64,000 nt of DNA from Bdellovibrionales bacterium. Lineage in GTDB: Bacteria > Bdellovibrionota > Bdellovibrionia > Bdellovibrionales > JAGQZY01. The first letter of the stretch is position 1. The number at the start of each line of letters is the position of its first letter. The notes under the pieces were generated by a model. It saw only the letters and a list, made by a program, of their open reading frames with translations, was not told the DNA's origin and did no database searches. Of this stretch, positions 49,313-59,557 are shown one piece after another. The stretch lies in assembly GCA_964230645.1 (NCBI GenBank), contig CAXRHT010000002.1:1408001-1472000 (forward strand), read 5' to 3'. A program made the position numbers and the translations under genes.

Positions 49313-49618
49313 CGTTAGCCCCCTCTTAAAACCAATAGAATCACACTCATTGGTTAATAATGAGAAAAAGACGTTACATTCCTCACAGTGACTAAAATTT
49401 TTAAACATTTGAGAAATTATTGAGAGCGAGTTCTAAGCCGCCTAACTGTATCAATTCTGTACACCCTCCCTGACAACTTACGCGAAAACCACAAAGAGCA
49501 CAAAAGATGACAAGCTAAGTTACTGTTTTTACTGAGAAAAATCTGTGCCATTTTGGCACAATCTATGAATACTTATTGGGTGTAGTAAATGATTAACGTA
49601 CAAAAGTGAGGTTTAATA

Positions 49619-50314
49619 ATGCAACGTAAAAACAAAGTCACATTAGGACTTTTGATTTTTTTCCTGGGAGCCTTAATGGCTGCTTGTGGAGGAAACGAGA
49701 GCTCTAATACACCAGCTGCAACAAATAATAATAATCTTCCCGATAATTTTGATACTGGAAATTATGGCTGTTCGGATTCCTGTGAAAGAGATTACGACGG
49801 AACATTCCGAATTACTGATGCCGATGAATATCTAGAGACATTTGGTTACGAGAACTCTTCTGGAAGCAATCTTTTTGGAGATGGTTTTTTCAATCAAGTT
49901 CTTGGTGAAGTCGCAACTTCAATCGCCGACCCAGTGATGGGAGCTGTTCGTTGTGGTACCGAAATCTATGTTACTCGTGGTATCGCAGAACTTTTCGGAA
50001 TCGATGACATCGATGTAGAATGCTCTATAGTCGACTCTGAGTACAGTTTTATGGATGGCCTAAACGGTAACAGTCAAGACATTGGAACAACTCGTCCTAG
50101 AGCAACAGCGGAACTTGCGATTTATAGAAATGAAGTCGATGCTATTCGCCTGACCATTCGCTCTGATCTTGGAACGGACCAAATGGTTTTTGATTCAACA
50201 AACAACAGAAACATTTTTGAGAGTCGTCAAAGTTCAAACGTTCTCCTTTACAATCGTAACGGTCGTCTTGAACTTGTTAACAGTGGTAAACTGGTCGGAA
50301 CTTTCGACATATAA
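49619..50314 (+). CDS. Hypothetical lipoprotein
   Basis: GAGG RBS; lipobox MAA-C; Asn-rich linker; Cys pairs. Confidence 0.75.
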   Translation: MQRKNKVTLGLLIFFLGALMAACGGNESSNTPAATNNNNLPDNFDTGNYGCSDSCERDYDGTFRITDADEYLETFGYENSSGSNLFGDGFFNQVLGEVATSIADPVMGAVRCGTEIYVTRGIAELFGIDDIDVECSIVDSEYSFMDGLNGNSQDIGTTRPRATAELAIYRNEVDAIRLTIRSDLGTDQMVFDSTNNRNIFESRQSSNVLLYNRNGRLELVNSGKLVGTFDI

Positions 50315-50352
50315 TAAGCGACCACACACCCAAGCCTCACAAATGAAACACC

Positions 50353-50387
50353 AAAAGGCACACTCCCAAGCGGGAGTTGTGCCTTTT
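50353..50387. terminator. Intrinsic terminator
   Basis: aaaaggcacactccc-aagc-gggagttgtgcctttt. Confidence 0.75.
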
Positions 50388-50581
50388 CTAATTTTTGATT
50401 CTGCTTAAAAATACCCCAAAAGCCCTGTTTTCGCGGGAAAAATGAAACAATAATCAAGAGCACTTGTACAATTTGTTTAATTTTTATTCTTTTTATTTTT
50501 TTTAACTTGACCCCTTTTCCGCCTTAGGATTCAATTTCAGGGAAGGCAATTGAGCAAACACAACAACAATAAGGAGTAAGC

Positions 50582-50854
50582 ATGAATAAAGCAGAGCTTA
50601 TCGAGAAAGTTGCTAGTAACACTGATTCAACTAAGGCTCACACTGAGAGAGTTTTGGACGCTACAATCGACATCATTCGTCGTGCGGTTAAAAAAGGTGA
50701 TGAAGTAAAACTCGTTGGTTTTGGAACTTTCACTAAGCAAAAAAGAAAAGCTCGTAAGGGGAGAAACCCTCAGACAGGTAAAGAAATTAAAATTCCTGCT
50801 GCTTGGTACCCTAAGTTCCGTCCAGGATCTGAGTTTAAGTCTATGCTTAAATAA
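50582..50854 (+). CDS. hup: DNA-binding protein HU
   Basis: MNKAELI, GFGTF, RKARKGRNPQTG, PKFRPG. Confidence 0.96.
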   Translation: MNKAELIEKVASNTDSTKAHTERVLDATIDIIRRAVKKGDEVKLVGFGTFTKQKRKARKGRNPQTGKEIKIPAAWYPKFRPGSEFKSMLK

Positions 50855-50878
50855 GACCCTTTGGTCGTACTATTAACT

Positions 50879-50910
50879 AAAAAAACCGGGAGGATTCCCG
50901 GTTTTTTTTT
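50879..50910 (+). terminator. Intrinsic terminator
   Basis: aaaaaaaccggg-aggatt-cccggttttttttt. Confidence 0.85.
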
Positions 50911-51056
50911 GCCTGCCCCCTCTCTAAGCCACTCTAATGGCTAATTTCTTCTTTTGTGCTCCACGTTAAGCCCCGTGCCCCCTGACAGACGCTCGACTTT
51001 TGACTAGTCTCCGAGCTATTCATTTTAACTGAATAAAATTCGAACAGGGGGATCAA

Positions 51057-52559
51057 TTGATAGCGAGTTTTAATGTTCTCATTTCTTTGGCAATGTTTAT
51101 TCCTAAACTGAGTTTAAACGATTGGGTCAACGACGTCTTTGGAGTGATAAATGATGTTATTGGTGCTGTCTTTTTCTTTGATATCTTCTTTTTCACCGAT
51201 GCCATTAGACTTCCATTAACCGTAGGATGGTTAGTTGTCGGAGCCCTAATCTTTACCTTTTATTTTCGCTTTGCCAATGTTCGACTTTTTAAACATGCCA
51301 TCGATATTGTACGCGGAAAGTACGACCACCCTGACTCGGAGGGAGAGGTTTCTCATCTCCAGGCCCTCACCACGGCTCTCTCGGCGACAGTCGGTTTAGG
51401 AAATATTGCCGGTGTGGCTATTGCCATCTCACTGGGAGGCCCAGGCGCCACTGTGTGGATGATTTTTGCCGGTCTCATTGGAATGAACTCAAAATTCACG
51501 GAGTGCTCTTTAGCTCTGATCTATCGAGCGAAAAGAACCGATGGTAACCTTATGGGTGGACCTATGGAGTACCTTTCTGTGGGACTCGCAGAAAAAGGGC
51601 GCCCAAAGCTAGGAAAGATCCTTGCCACGATCTTTTGCTTTTTGACCATTGGAGGATCTCTTGGAGGAGGTGGCTCCTTCCAAGTGAACCAATCCCTCCA
51701 TGCTATTTCTGAAACCATTCCTTTTTTTGGGGAACACCGCTGGGTTTTTGGACTCATAATGGCGACTCTCGTTGGGATTGTCATCATTGGTGGAATTAAA
51801 CGCATCGCTGGTGTTGCTGAAAAAATTGTTCCAGCTATGTGCGCGATCTACGTATTAGGCTGTCTTTATATCCTCTCCCTTTACAGCGCACAAATTCCTG
51901 ATGCTTTTGCAACTATCTTCACGAGTGCCTTCACTCCTGAAGCGGGCTACGGTGGCTTTGTCGGTGTCATGGTCACTGGCTTACAAAGAGCGGCCTTTTC
52001 CAACGAAGCGGGTGTGGGTTCTGCCGCTATCGCTCACTCGGCTGCCAAGTCTCAGTACCCGGTGCAAGAGGGAATCGTCGCTCTTCTTGAACCCTTCATC
52101 GACACAGTGGTTGTTTGTACGATGACAGCTCTCGTGATTGTTATCACTGGAGCTTATGACAATCCGAACTATATGGAGCTTATCGAAGGCAACCAAGGGG
52201 CCGCTTTAACTTCAAGAGCTATGGGAGAAATCATCCCATGGTTCCCCATGGTGCTCTCCTTGTCCGTTGGACTGTTTGCCTTCTCAACCATTATCTCTTG
52301 GTCTTATTATGGGGAGCGATGCTTTACCTATATTTTCGGAGAAAAGTACTCCATGTTTTATAAGCTGCTTCTTTGTGTCGTGATCTTTTTAGGAGCCATT
52401 ACAACGGCAACGAACGTGCTGGCCTTTGGGGATCTCATGATTCTCGGTATGGCATTTCCCAATATTCTTGGGGTTTACTTCTTACTTCCCCGCGTGCGCC
52501 AAGAGCTCAATAGCTATATGGAAAAAGTGAAAGAAGGAAAAATCGGAGCCGGAAGCTAA
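51057..52559 (+). CDS. Alanine/glycine:cation symporter (AGCS family)
   Basis: ATVGLGNIAGVA, GGPGA, RAAFSNEAG.GSA, EPFIDT. Confidence 0.93.
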   Translation: MIASFNVLISLAMFIPKLSLNDWVNDVFGVINDVIGAVFFFDIFFFTDAIRLPLTVGWLVVGALIFTFYFRFANVRLFKHAIDIVRGKYDHPDSEGEVSHLQALTTALSATVGLGNIAGVAIAISLGGPGATVWMIFAGLIGMNSKFTECSLALIYRAKRTDGNLMGGPMEYLSVGLAEKGRPKLGKILATIFCFLTIGGSLGGGGSFQVNQSLHAISETIPFFGEHRWVFGLIMATLVGIVIIGGIKRIAGVAEKIVPAMCAIYVLGCLYILSLYSAQIPDAFATIFTSAFTPEAGYGGFVGVMVTGLQRAAFSNEAGVGSAAIAHSAAKSQYPVQEGIVALLEPFIDTVVVCTMTALVIVITGAYDNPNYMELIEGNQGAALTSRAMGEIIPWFPMVLSLSVGLFAFSTIISWSYYGERCFTYIFGEKYSMFYKLLLCVVIFLGAITTATNVLAFGDLMILGMAFPNILGVYFLLPRVRQELNSYMEKVKEGKIGAGS

Positions 52560-52582
52560 ACTTTACTTCACTTCCAGCAAAG

Positions 52583-52611
52583 AAAGGGTGGGCTCGTACC
52601 ACCCTTTTTTT
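52583..52611. terminator. Intrinsic terminator
   Basis: aaagggtgg-gctcgta-ccaccctttttt. Confidence 0.8.
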
Positions 52612-52622
52612 GTTCAAAATGT

Positions 52623-53498
52623 TTAAATCTCTTTGAAATAATGTTTCACTGCCGGGATATCTTGAACGAAAATAAAATCCCAATTTACCGAGTCCTGAGA
52701 GAGTCTCTGTAAAAGCCGATCTAAGGTAGGTGCAGACACAGGGTGAATATCGTGCATCAACACCAATGAACCCTCATTGTTCCGGTAGTTCCGAATTATT
52801 TTATTGTAATAGCCTTGAGCGCAAGCGTTTGCAGAGATTCCACGAGTCTGACATTGCCAGTCGGCCGCATCAGAATAACCTTGTGAGCCACCAACAATAG
52901 AACCACCCACATTCCAAAAAATAGGGCCCACGTAGTCACGTAAAACCGGAGTCGAATTCAGCAGAGATGCTCGACTCGGGTTCCAATATCCACCTGGATT
53001 TCGATACAAAGGGATATCACGCCGTCTCTGATAAGGAGCAATAATCTCGTGAGTCTCTAAAAGATAGGAGACCAGAGTATTGCTACTTGTAGAACCGTTG
53101 AGTGGGCTATGGCTACGTCCGTGGTTTGCAATCTTGTGACCCGCGCGATGAATTTGGTTAAGAATATTTTGCGTACCACGCGTGTAATTATGGTAGCCAA
53201 TGTGGACAAAAAAAGTAGCGGGCACATTCCATTTGCCAAGGACGGTTAAAACTCTTTGAGTTTGGGCATTGGGGCCATCATCAAAGGTTAAAACAATTTG
53301 ATTTCTTTTCATTCCGCCAAGAGTACAGTTCTCAGGAGATCGGCTGCCAACACAGTACCTTCTATCCATCGGGAAACGAGCATTGGCTGAGAATTCGATT
53401 CTATACTCCTCCTCTGGCGAACTTTCGCTCTCAGCGACGACATCAAAAAGTGGCAAAAGGGAAAGTACTAAAAGAACAACGGACCGGCGACCCAACAT
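52623..53498 (-). CDS. Secreted CE4 polysaccharide/peptidoglycan deacetylase
   Basis: Signal peptide; LTFDDGP, NHGRSH, YRNPGG, LMHDIH. Confidence 0.88.
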   Translation of the reverse strand: MLGRRSVVLLVLSLLPLFDVVAESESSPEEEYRIEFSANARFPMDRRYCVGSRSPENCTLGGMKRNQIVLTFDDGPNAQTQRVLTVLGKWNVPATFFVHIGYHNYTRGTQNILNQIHRAGHKIANHGRSHSPLNGSTSSNTLVSYLLETHEIIAPYQRRRDIPLYRNPGGYWNPSRASLLNSTPVLRDYVGPIFWNVGGSIVGGSQGYSDAADWQCQTRGISANACAQGYYNKIIRNYRNNEGSLVLMHDIHPVSAPTLDRLLQRLSQDSVNWDFIFVQDIPAVKHYFKEI

Positions 53499-53759
53499 AA
53501 ACCCTCACTAGTCAAAATATTAAGGACTTGAAAATAGTGGTCAGAGGGTAAAAAGGAAAAAAAGAATTTCCTCCCTGTAAAACAGTCATGAAAAATTAAA
53601 ACTTTTATAATTTAAAGGATCAGTTCTGAGCAAAGGGGGGCTCTTTTATTTTGAAAATTTCACCCATCAAGACGGAAACTTTTCAATTTCTTCCTAAGTC
53701 TATGATTTCTTTAGGCTCGGTTGATAAGCCTTACTGTTATTCAAACTGGAGTTCTAAGT

Positions 53760-54476
53760 ATGTTGAGATTCGCGATGACTTTAACCTTGATGGCCCTGAC
53801 ATTTGCAAGCCACCCCTGTCTTGCAGATAGAGTTGTACCGGCTAACCAGGCTCAACTCCTTTTAAAGAGACAAAGAACCCGAGACTATGTCCAACACCTC
53901 CTCGATACAATCGATGAGCGCTATGATACCCATTTATGGAGGGTAGGCCCGGGGCAGAGCCCGAACCTCAGTTATCAGGGCGAATATCAGTATATTAGAG
54001 AAGAGTACATCGACGATAAAGACCGTTACGATATTGAAAAAGCCTATCTTCGATCCGCTCTCAATGAAAACTTTTACCTCGGTCCTGAATTCGAAGATTA
54101 TCTTAAGACACTCGAGAAATTAACCTTAGCAAGTATTGAAAATGTGCTGCTTCAAGAAAGGCGCATTGAGGGGCAGGTCTGCTCGGCTGCAGCCCTGCGG
54201 GTAGAAATCCAATCCTTTCTCGACGCCCTTCCCTTGGTTGCTGGACTCCAAGCCGAGCTTCTTGATCGCAGCCATGATCGAAACACTCACAGCCCGGAAT
54301 CGTTCGCCTCGGGTGTCTTTGGAGGTCTCTTAGGATCGATTCTCGCCCCTGATGATCCTGCTCTGTGGGCTGTGAGGAGAATTTCCACCAACGAAAACCT
54401 CGGGGTGAATTCACCATGTTTCATCACTCGTCGGCGAATTGAAGCCTTGTATGTTGAAAGCTTCAGCCGACACTAA
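53760..54476 (+). CDS. Secreted hypothetical protein
   Basis: GGAG RBS; signal peptide MLRFAMTLTLMALTFASHPCLA. Confidence 0.65.
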   Translation: MLRFAMTLTLMALTFASHPCLADRVVPANQAQLLLKRQRTRDYVQHLLDTIDERYDTHLWRVGPGQSPNLSYQGEYQYIREEYIDDKDRYDIEKAYLRSALNENFYLGPEFEDYLKTLEKLTLASIENVLLQERRIEGQVCSAAALRVEIQSFLDALPLVAGLQAELLDRSHDRNTHSPESFASGVFGGLLGSILAPDDPALWAVRRISTNENLGVNSPCFITRRRIEALYVESFSRH

Positions 54477-54973
54477 GAGGGCGTCCCAGAGATCACCTGA
54501 TAGGCTTCGATAAGCAACCATGTTGCAAGGGCAATCACGCAGCAAACAATAAGTGCAAAAATAATTAAGATCAAAATTAAGAACACCACAGACTTCTTTT
54601 TCGCTTTTCCTGGATGAGCTTCATAAGAGTTCATCAATTCGAGATTTTTGAGATTCGATTTCCAGAAAAAGTCGAAAATGTTACCTATGATAGGGATCGC
54701 GTCTATAAAGCTTTCAATAAGAATATTAACGAGCATGCGGAGAATTAAACTCATTGGGTAGCCCTGTCGGTAAGCGTAGCCAACGATTCCTAAAGAGAGC
54801 GCGCTAGTAATTAAATCACCCACGACTGGAATAAGACCGATCAGACCATCCAGCCCAATTCGAATTCCAAAAGGCCCTTGAAACTGGGCATCTAGGAGGC
54901 GAGCGAGCCGGTTGATAGAAGACTTTTCCGATGAGCTTGATAGTGGGTCTTTTGAAGGTTTCATGACCAACAA
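54473..54973 (-). CDS. DUF4112 membrane protein
   Basis: LARLLDAQF, GLDGLIGLIPVVGD, IPIIGNIFD.FWKSN. Confidence 0.88.
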   Translation of the reverse strand: MLVMKPSKDPLSSSSEKSSINRLARLLDAQFQGPFGIRIGLDGLIGLIPVVGDLITSALSLGIVGYAYRQGYPMSLILRMLVNILIESFIDAIPIIGNIFDFFWKSNLKNLELMNSYEAHPGKAKKKSVVFLILILIIFALIVCCVIALATWLLIEAYQVISGTPS

Positions 54974-55008
54974 AATACCACATAAATAGCCCCAGCAACA
55001 TTTAAACT

Positions 55009-55036
55009 AAAAAACCAGCCTGATTATTCAGGCTGG
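55009..55036 (-). terminator. Terminator downstream of flgE
   Basis: ccagcctga-ttat-tcaggctgg with an A-run on the left. Confidence 0.75.
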
Positions 55037-55095
55037 CTCGGGCTTGGGATAAAAATTTGACTTAATTCAATGGGGATCAATTATCCCCTAAAAAA

Positions 55096-56382
55096 TTATC
55101 GCTTAATATTGATCACTTCTGCGAGCATTTCATCAGCGGTAGAAATTCCCTTGGCGTTGGCCTGGAAGTTTCTTTGGTACTGAATCATATTCACGAATTC
55201 TTTGGCAATATCAACAGTGGAACGCTCAACTGATTTGGCAAAAACCTGTCCTCTTCCACCTTCTGCCGGTCTTCCGATCGCTGGTGTTCCAGATTCTCTG
55301 GATTCACGCATTTTGTTTGAACCAGATTTAAATAGTCCCTCTGGGCTCTGGAATTTTGCCAAGGCCATCTGGAACATATCTTTTGTCTCACCATTGGAGT
55401 AAAGAGCTGTTAGAACACCCTGATCATCAAAGGATAGACCAGTGAGTCGTCCGGCAGCGGCTCCATCTTGTGACCAAGAAAGAAGATCTGACTTCGCACC
55501 ATACTGCTTAGTTCCTTTGAGTCCGGTACCACCATCGGTTGTGATCGAATCACCAAAATCAATAACAATATCTTGGTTGGCAACCGCTCCATTATTGAAG
55601 CTAAAGTTTTTCTCTAAAACTTCTTCAGTGTTTAGCTTTCCTTCAGGAGTGAAGGTCAAACGTCCAAAAGTGACCTGCTTGTAACTACCAGGCTGCCCTC
55701 CTTGAACTTCGGCACCGTTGGCTAATCCGCGGTACTCCCAGACTCCATCGGCGACTTTGTTGAAAGCCATGGTAATAAGGTGCTTGGCTCCTTGGGAGTC
55801 ATAAACTTCAACACCCGTAGTAAAATCCGCTGAATCGTAGGGATTTTGTGGATCAAAAACTCTTCCTTTAGGAGCTCTAGAATCAAGGTTAATGTCCATA
55901 CGAAGATTTTTCGTAGGTTTTGCATTCACAAGAGCACTCGGTAGTTTAATATCTTCTAATTTATTTGTAATCTCACCAGTTTCATCGGCTTCAAATCCTT
56001 TGACCTTATAATTATCACTGGTCACAAGGTATCCCTCTTTATCAAAGTGGAACTCACCATTACGAGTGTAAGCTCTGCCATCATAACCATCGACAACAAA
56101 GTAACCTTTTCCGTTAATCGCAAGGTCTGTCACTCTCTCAGTGTTATCCACGTTACCTTGCACTAGAATTGGATTTACAGCCCCTAATTTAGCACCACGT
56201 CCTATTTGGTTTCCGCCATAGGCCCCTTTCAAACTGCGTGAAAGTAGATCTTGGAATTCCGCTCGACTGGCTTTAAAACCGTTAGTCGAAGCATTTGCTA
56301 TGTTATCCGCTACAACACTCAAACCTTGACCATGAGATTTTAATCCCGTCACACTTGAGTACATCGAAGTAAGTACTGCCAT
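55096..56382 (-). CDS. flgE: Flagellar hook protein
   Basis: DNIAN..T.GFK, TDLAING.GYF, YTRNG.F, EFVNMIQYQRNFQAN. Confidence 0.96.
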   Translation of the reverse strand: MAVLTSMYSSVTGLKSHGQGLSVVADNIANASTNGFKASRAEFQDLLSRSLKGAYGGNQIGRGAKLGAVNPILVQGNVDNTERVTDLAINGKGYFVVDGYDGRAYTRNGEFHFDKEGYLVTSDNYKVKGFEADETGEITNKLEDIKLPSALVNAKPTKNLRMDINLDSRAPKGRVFDPQNPYDSADFTTGVEVYDSQGAKHLITMAFNKVADGVWEYRGLANGAEVQGGQPGSYKQVTFGRLTFTPEGKLNTEEVLEKNFSFNNGAVANQDIVIDFGDSITTDGGTGLKGTKQYGAKSDLLSWSQDGAAAGRLTGLSFDDQGVLTALYSNGETKDMFQMALAKFQSPEGLFKSGSNKMRESRESGTPAIGRPAEGGRGQVFAKSVERSTVDIAKEFVNMIQYQRNFQANAKGISTADEMLAEVINIKR

Positions 56383-56405
56383 TATATCCCCCCATTAATA
56401 GCAAA

Positions 56406-57377
56406 TTAATTTAAATTCAGTTTACTAGCACCTTTTGCTGTTCCCGTGATTCTTTGGCGCAGACCTTTATCCATCTGAGCCGTATCTAGGTTAGCCACAT
56501 CCTTATTCTGTAGAACAGCGCCTTCCGACTTCTTGGTGTCGGGCCTAATGGCTGATACATTCGGTTGTGTTTTCGGTTTACTATTCATTTCTTCAATCAT
56601 TTTTACATCTCTTAAGTTGAGTGATTTTCCATCAACCATAAGCACAGGGCCTTGGTTGGTAAATTTCACTCCGTCGACAGCTCCTTGAAATTCGGTGCTG
56701 GCACTAATTTTTCGCCCCTTAGACTGAGCCGAAATATGAGCTGAGTATTGCCCCACACGAGCGTCTTTACCGTCGGCATGAAGACCATTCCAAACAATTT
56801 GGTTTTTACCCTGCTTAAGGTCTTTGAGCTCATATTTTTTAACTTCAATTCCTTTGTCATCTTTAATGGACACCGTGGCCTTCTCAGCAGCCTGAGGTAT
56901 TTGAAACTCAATCTTATGGTCTCTATCACCTTTTTTACGATCGATCTGCCCAGAATCTCCGCTCACCTTTTTACCGATTAGGTTCAAGACATCGTACTGG
57001 TCTTGACCTTCCCCTTTTTGGCTCATTTTTGTTAGCGTATTGTTCATGTTAGTAAGTTGCTCGACACTTGAGAACTGAGCTAGCTGAGCCGCCATCTCAT
57101 GGCTCTTCAAAGGATTGGTAGGATCCTGTTGTTTAAGCTGAGTCAGCATCAGTTTGAAAAAGGCATCTTTTCCAAGTTCTGCATTTCCAACACCCTTTAC
57201 TTTTCTTTTACTAGCTTTGTAATTAGGATCGGCCACGCTATTAAGAATGTCGGCTAAGTTTTTGTCGCCAAATTCCTTTTTCATTTTTAAAGGATCCGTT
57301 GTCTTTTTACCGGAACTTTTCTCTCTAATATTCAGAGCTCTGTCTGGAAACGAATTTCCACTTACTTTTGCGTCCAT
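56406..57377 (-). CDS. flgD: Flagellar hook capping protein
   Basis: FFKLMLTQLKQQDPTNP, AQLAQFSSVEQL, WNG. Confidence 0.93.
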   Translation of the reverse strand: MDAKVSGNSFPDRALNIREKSSGKKTTDPLKMKKEFGDKNLADILNSVADPNYKASKRKVKGVGNAELGKDAFFKLMLTQLKQQDPTNPLKSHEMAAQLAQFSSVEQLTNMNNTLTKMSQKGEGQDQYDVLNLIGKKVSGDSGQIDRKKGDRDHKIEFQIPQAAEKATVSIKDDKGIEVKKYELKDLKQGKNQIVWNGLHADGKDARVGQYSAHISAQSKGRKISASTEFQGAVDGVKFTNQGPVLMVDGKSLNLRDVKMIEEMNSKPKTQPNVSAIRPDTKKSEGAVLQNKDVANLDTAQMDKGLRQRITGTAKGASKLNLN

Positions 57378-57390
57378 ATACTTCTATCCC

Positions 57391-58773
57391 TTAAGCTACC
57401 AAATTAATGGAGCGTCCTTTGCCATTTTCTGTGTAGGGATTTCTCCCCATATTCAAATCTGGCTCATCGGCTCCTGGTCGAAAATTACGGAAAGCATCAA
57501 ACATTCCGCCTAATCTCTCTTCTCTTTCTCTCTGGAACTGACCTAAAAATTGCTCGGCAAAATCACGATTGGCCTGCTCCTGCATATGATCCTGTAGATC
57601 GCTAAAATCTTTTTGATAATCAGGGGACATCTCTACTTTCACTGTTTCTACCAGTAGTTTTTGTCCCTCTAGGGCCTGCTTGATGTCCAAAATCCCTTCT
57701 TCAAGAGCCTTTTTGGCCAGTTGATTGTCGGTCATCATCTCAACATTAACCTGCCCGTCATTAACAGCGACTTTTAAATGAACTTTACCAAGACCTTCTG
57801 GCTGTAAATGCACTTCCATAGAGCCACCGCCATCATCAACAACAGCGCGCGCTTGCTTAATAATCGACTGCATGTTCTCAATTTTTTGAGCCTTACCTTC
57901 ACCTTGAGCTAAAGTGACCTCTTCAGCAAAAGCTGATTTAAGATTCGCGTTTTCCGAAGTCTTCACTTCCCCTTCACCACCCATAAGTTGCTCGAAAGAA
58001 GTCAAATCCTGCTCCATCTGTCCGTCTGAGTCCTTCGCACCGGTCACAGATTTAAGAGGGTTATTTTGCTGACCTATGGTCTCTAAGGTTTCGAGCTTAT
58101 CATTAAGGGTCATCTCTGAGTCGATCTTCATTTTTCCATTTTGACCCAAGGATTTAAATGGGCTCTGGGAAAGATTCTTAACTCCCCCCATATTTTGACC
58201 CAACATTCCACCTTGATTTTTAATGGTATTTTTATTTTTAGACTGGCTCATCATTTCCGAAAAAGCCTGCTCCATTTTATTTAATTTTTTTTGATTTTCT
58301 TCTAAAGTTGTTTTTGTAGTTTCCGAAGAGATAGTCGATAGGGGTTGATTTTCTTGTTTTCCTTCAACACCTAAATTTTTTTCGGCGACCTGTTGATTTT
58401 TTCCAGACTCTTTTTGTGCTTGATCACTATTTCTTGCCTGCATTTTAGAACTTTGATTGTTCGACGATTCATCTTTGCTAACGGTGTCTACTTTTTCACT
58501 TTGTCTCGGGCTGGAATCCTGAGTTTTTCTTTTTTCGGCACGGTTTTCTATTCTAGAAGCTTGTTGGTTTTCACCATTACCTAATTCACGGGACTTATCT
58601 CTTTTACGAGATCCATAGGAACTTTCAGTCTGACGTTCACGAACAGGCTCTTTCTTTTTAGCCTTATCCATGAAGTCATAAAAACCTTTGGACTCTGCGG
58701 AGTCCTTACGACCTTTTTTATCAGCCGAATGGTTTTGTTGGTTTAAACTTTGAATTCCACTTCCAATATACAA
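57391..58773 (-). CDS. fliK: Flagellar hook-length control protein
   Basis: Disordered N-terminus; HLQPEGLGKVHL T3S4 domain. Confidence 0.88.
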   Translation of the reverse strand: MYIGSGIQSLNQQNHSADKKGRKDSAESKGFYDFMDKAKKKEPVRERQTESSYGSRKRDKSRELGNGENQQASRIENRAEKRKTQDSSPRQSEKVDTVSKDESSNNQSSKMQARNSDQAQKESGKNQQVAEKNLGVEGKQENQPLSTISSETTKTTLEENQKKLNKMEQAFSEMMSQSKNKNTIKNQGGMLGQNMGGVKNLSQSPFKSLGQNGKMKIDSEMTLNDKLETLETIGQQNNPLKSVTGAKDSDGQMEQDLTSFEQLMGGEGEVKTSENANLKSAFAEEVTLAQGEGKAQKIENMQSIIKQARAVVDDGGGSMEVHLQPEGLGKVHLKVAVNDGQVNVEMMTDNQLAKKALEEGILDIKQALEGQKLLVETVKVEMSPDYQKDFSDLQDHMQEQANRDFAEQFLGQFQREREERLGGMFDAFRNFRPGADEPDLNMGRNPYTENGKGRSINLVA

Positions 58774-58783
58774 GTGTGATCCC

Positions 58784-59551
58784 CTACTTTTTTAGTCCAG
58801 TGAACTTCTCTGAAAGCATGCGTGCTTTCTTTGGTTCAATATAGTTTAAAATTGCTGCTGCATTTCGCTTATTCATTTGCCCCAAGACTTTAACCGCCAG
58901 ATCGTCCTCAACTTGTGAAATGATTGTGGCTGCGTTTTGTGGCTTCATATTTGAGTAAACTCCTACTAGCTTTTCTACACTTTCTTTGTCAGCACTGACT
59001 TTCTGATCAAGTTTCGAAGATATGTTTCTTCTCATCTCTTTCATTTCCTTCAGTTGCTTTTCAATCTCATCCTTTTGTATTTGCAACTCTTCTTCCAACT
59101 GTGCCAAACGCCTTTCTTTTTTGTTGAGCTCCTCTTCCTTTTCTTTTAAGGCCTTGTAAACACTGGCATTTTTCATCGTCAAATGATCCGCATCTGACTT
59201 AAGTTGAGAGACTCGACCCACTGGTAAAGACTTGTCTTTTTGACCCTTTTTTTCCGCTTGGTCGGAAGAATTTTCCCCCTCTGAGGCCATGACTGAGTTA
59301 AAACTCACCTGAACTTTAGAAACAGTGTCAATGAATTGATCTGTGTACATGAATATATAAAAGGACAGGCTTAAGCCTAAAAAGCTAAGCATAACCCAAG
59401 ACCAGTGAGTGCCTTTGGGTTTATTAGAAGATTTTTGTGGCCTTCTTTTTGGCTTCCTAGCCGGAGAGGATTTGGCTTTTTTCTTATTTTTCGGCTTAGA
59501 AGATACCTCAGTATTTTGATTCTTCTGGTACCGGTTATAAGGATTTTGCAT
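58784..59551 (-). CDS. MotE/FlbB-like flagellar protein (TM, coiled coil, MgtE_N-like)
   Basis: KLVGVYSNMKPQNAA, AAAILNYIEP. Confidence 0.75.
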   Translation of the reverse strand: MQNPYNRYQKNQNTEVSSKPKNKKKAKSSPARKPKRRPQKSSNKPKGTHWSWVMLSFLGLSLSFYIFMYTDQFIDTVSKVQVSFNSVMASEGENSSDQAEKKGQKDKSLPVGRVSQLKSDADHLTMKNASVYKALKEKEEELNKKERRLAQLEEELQIQKDEIEKQLKEMKEMRRNISSKLDQKVSADKESVEKLVGVYSNMKPQNAATIISQVEDDLAVKVLGQMNKRNAAAILNYIEPKKARMLSEKFTGLKK

Positions 59552-59557
59552 AAATTA

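Noticed and set aside
57900..58773. Low-complexity Q/N/S/K-rich stretch
   Set aside because: Expected disordered ruler region of FliK.
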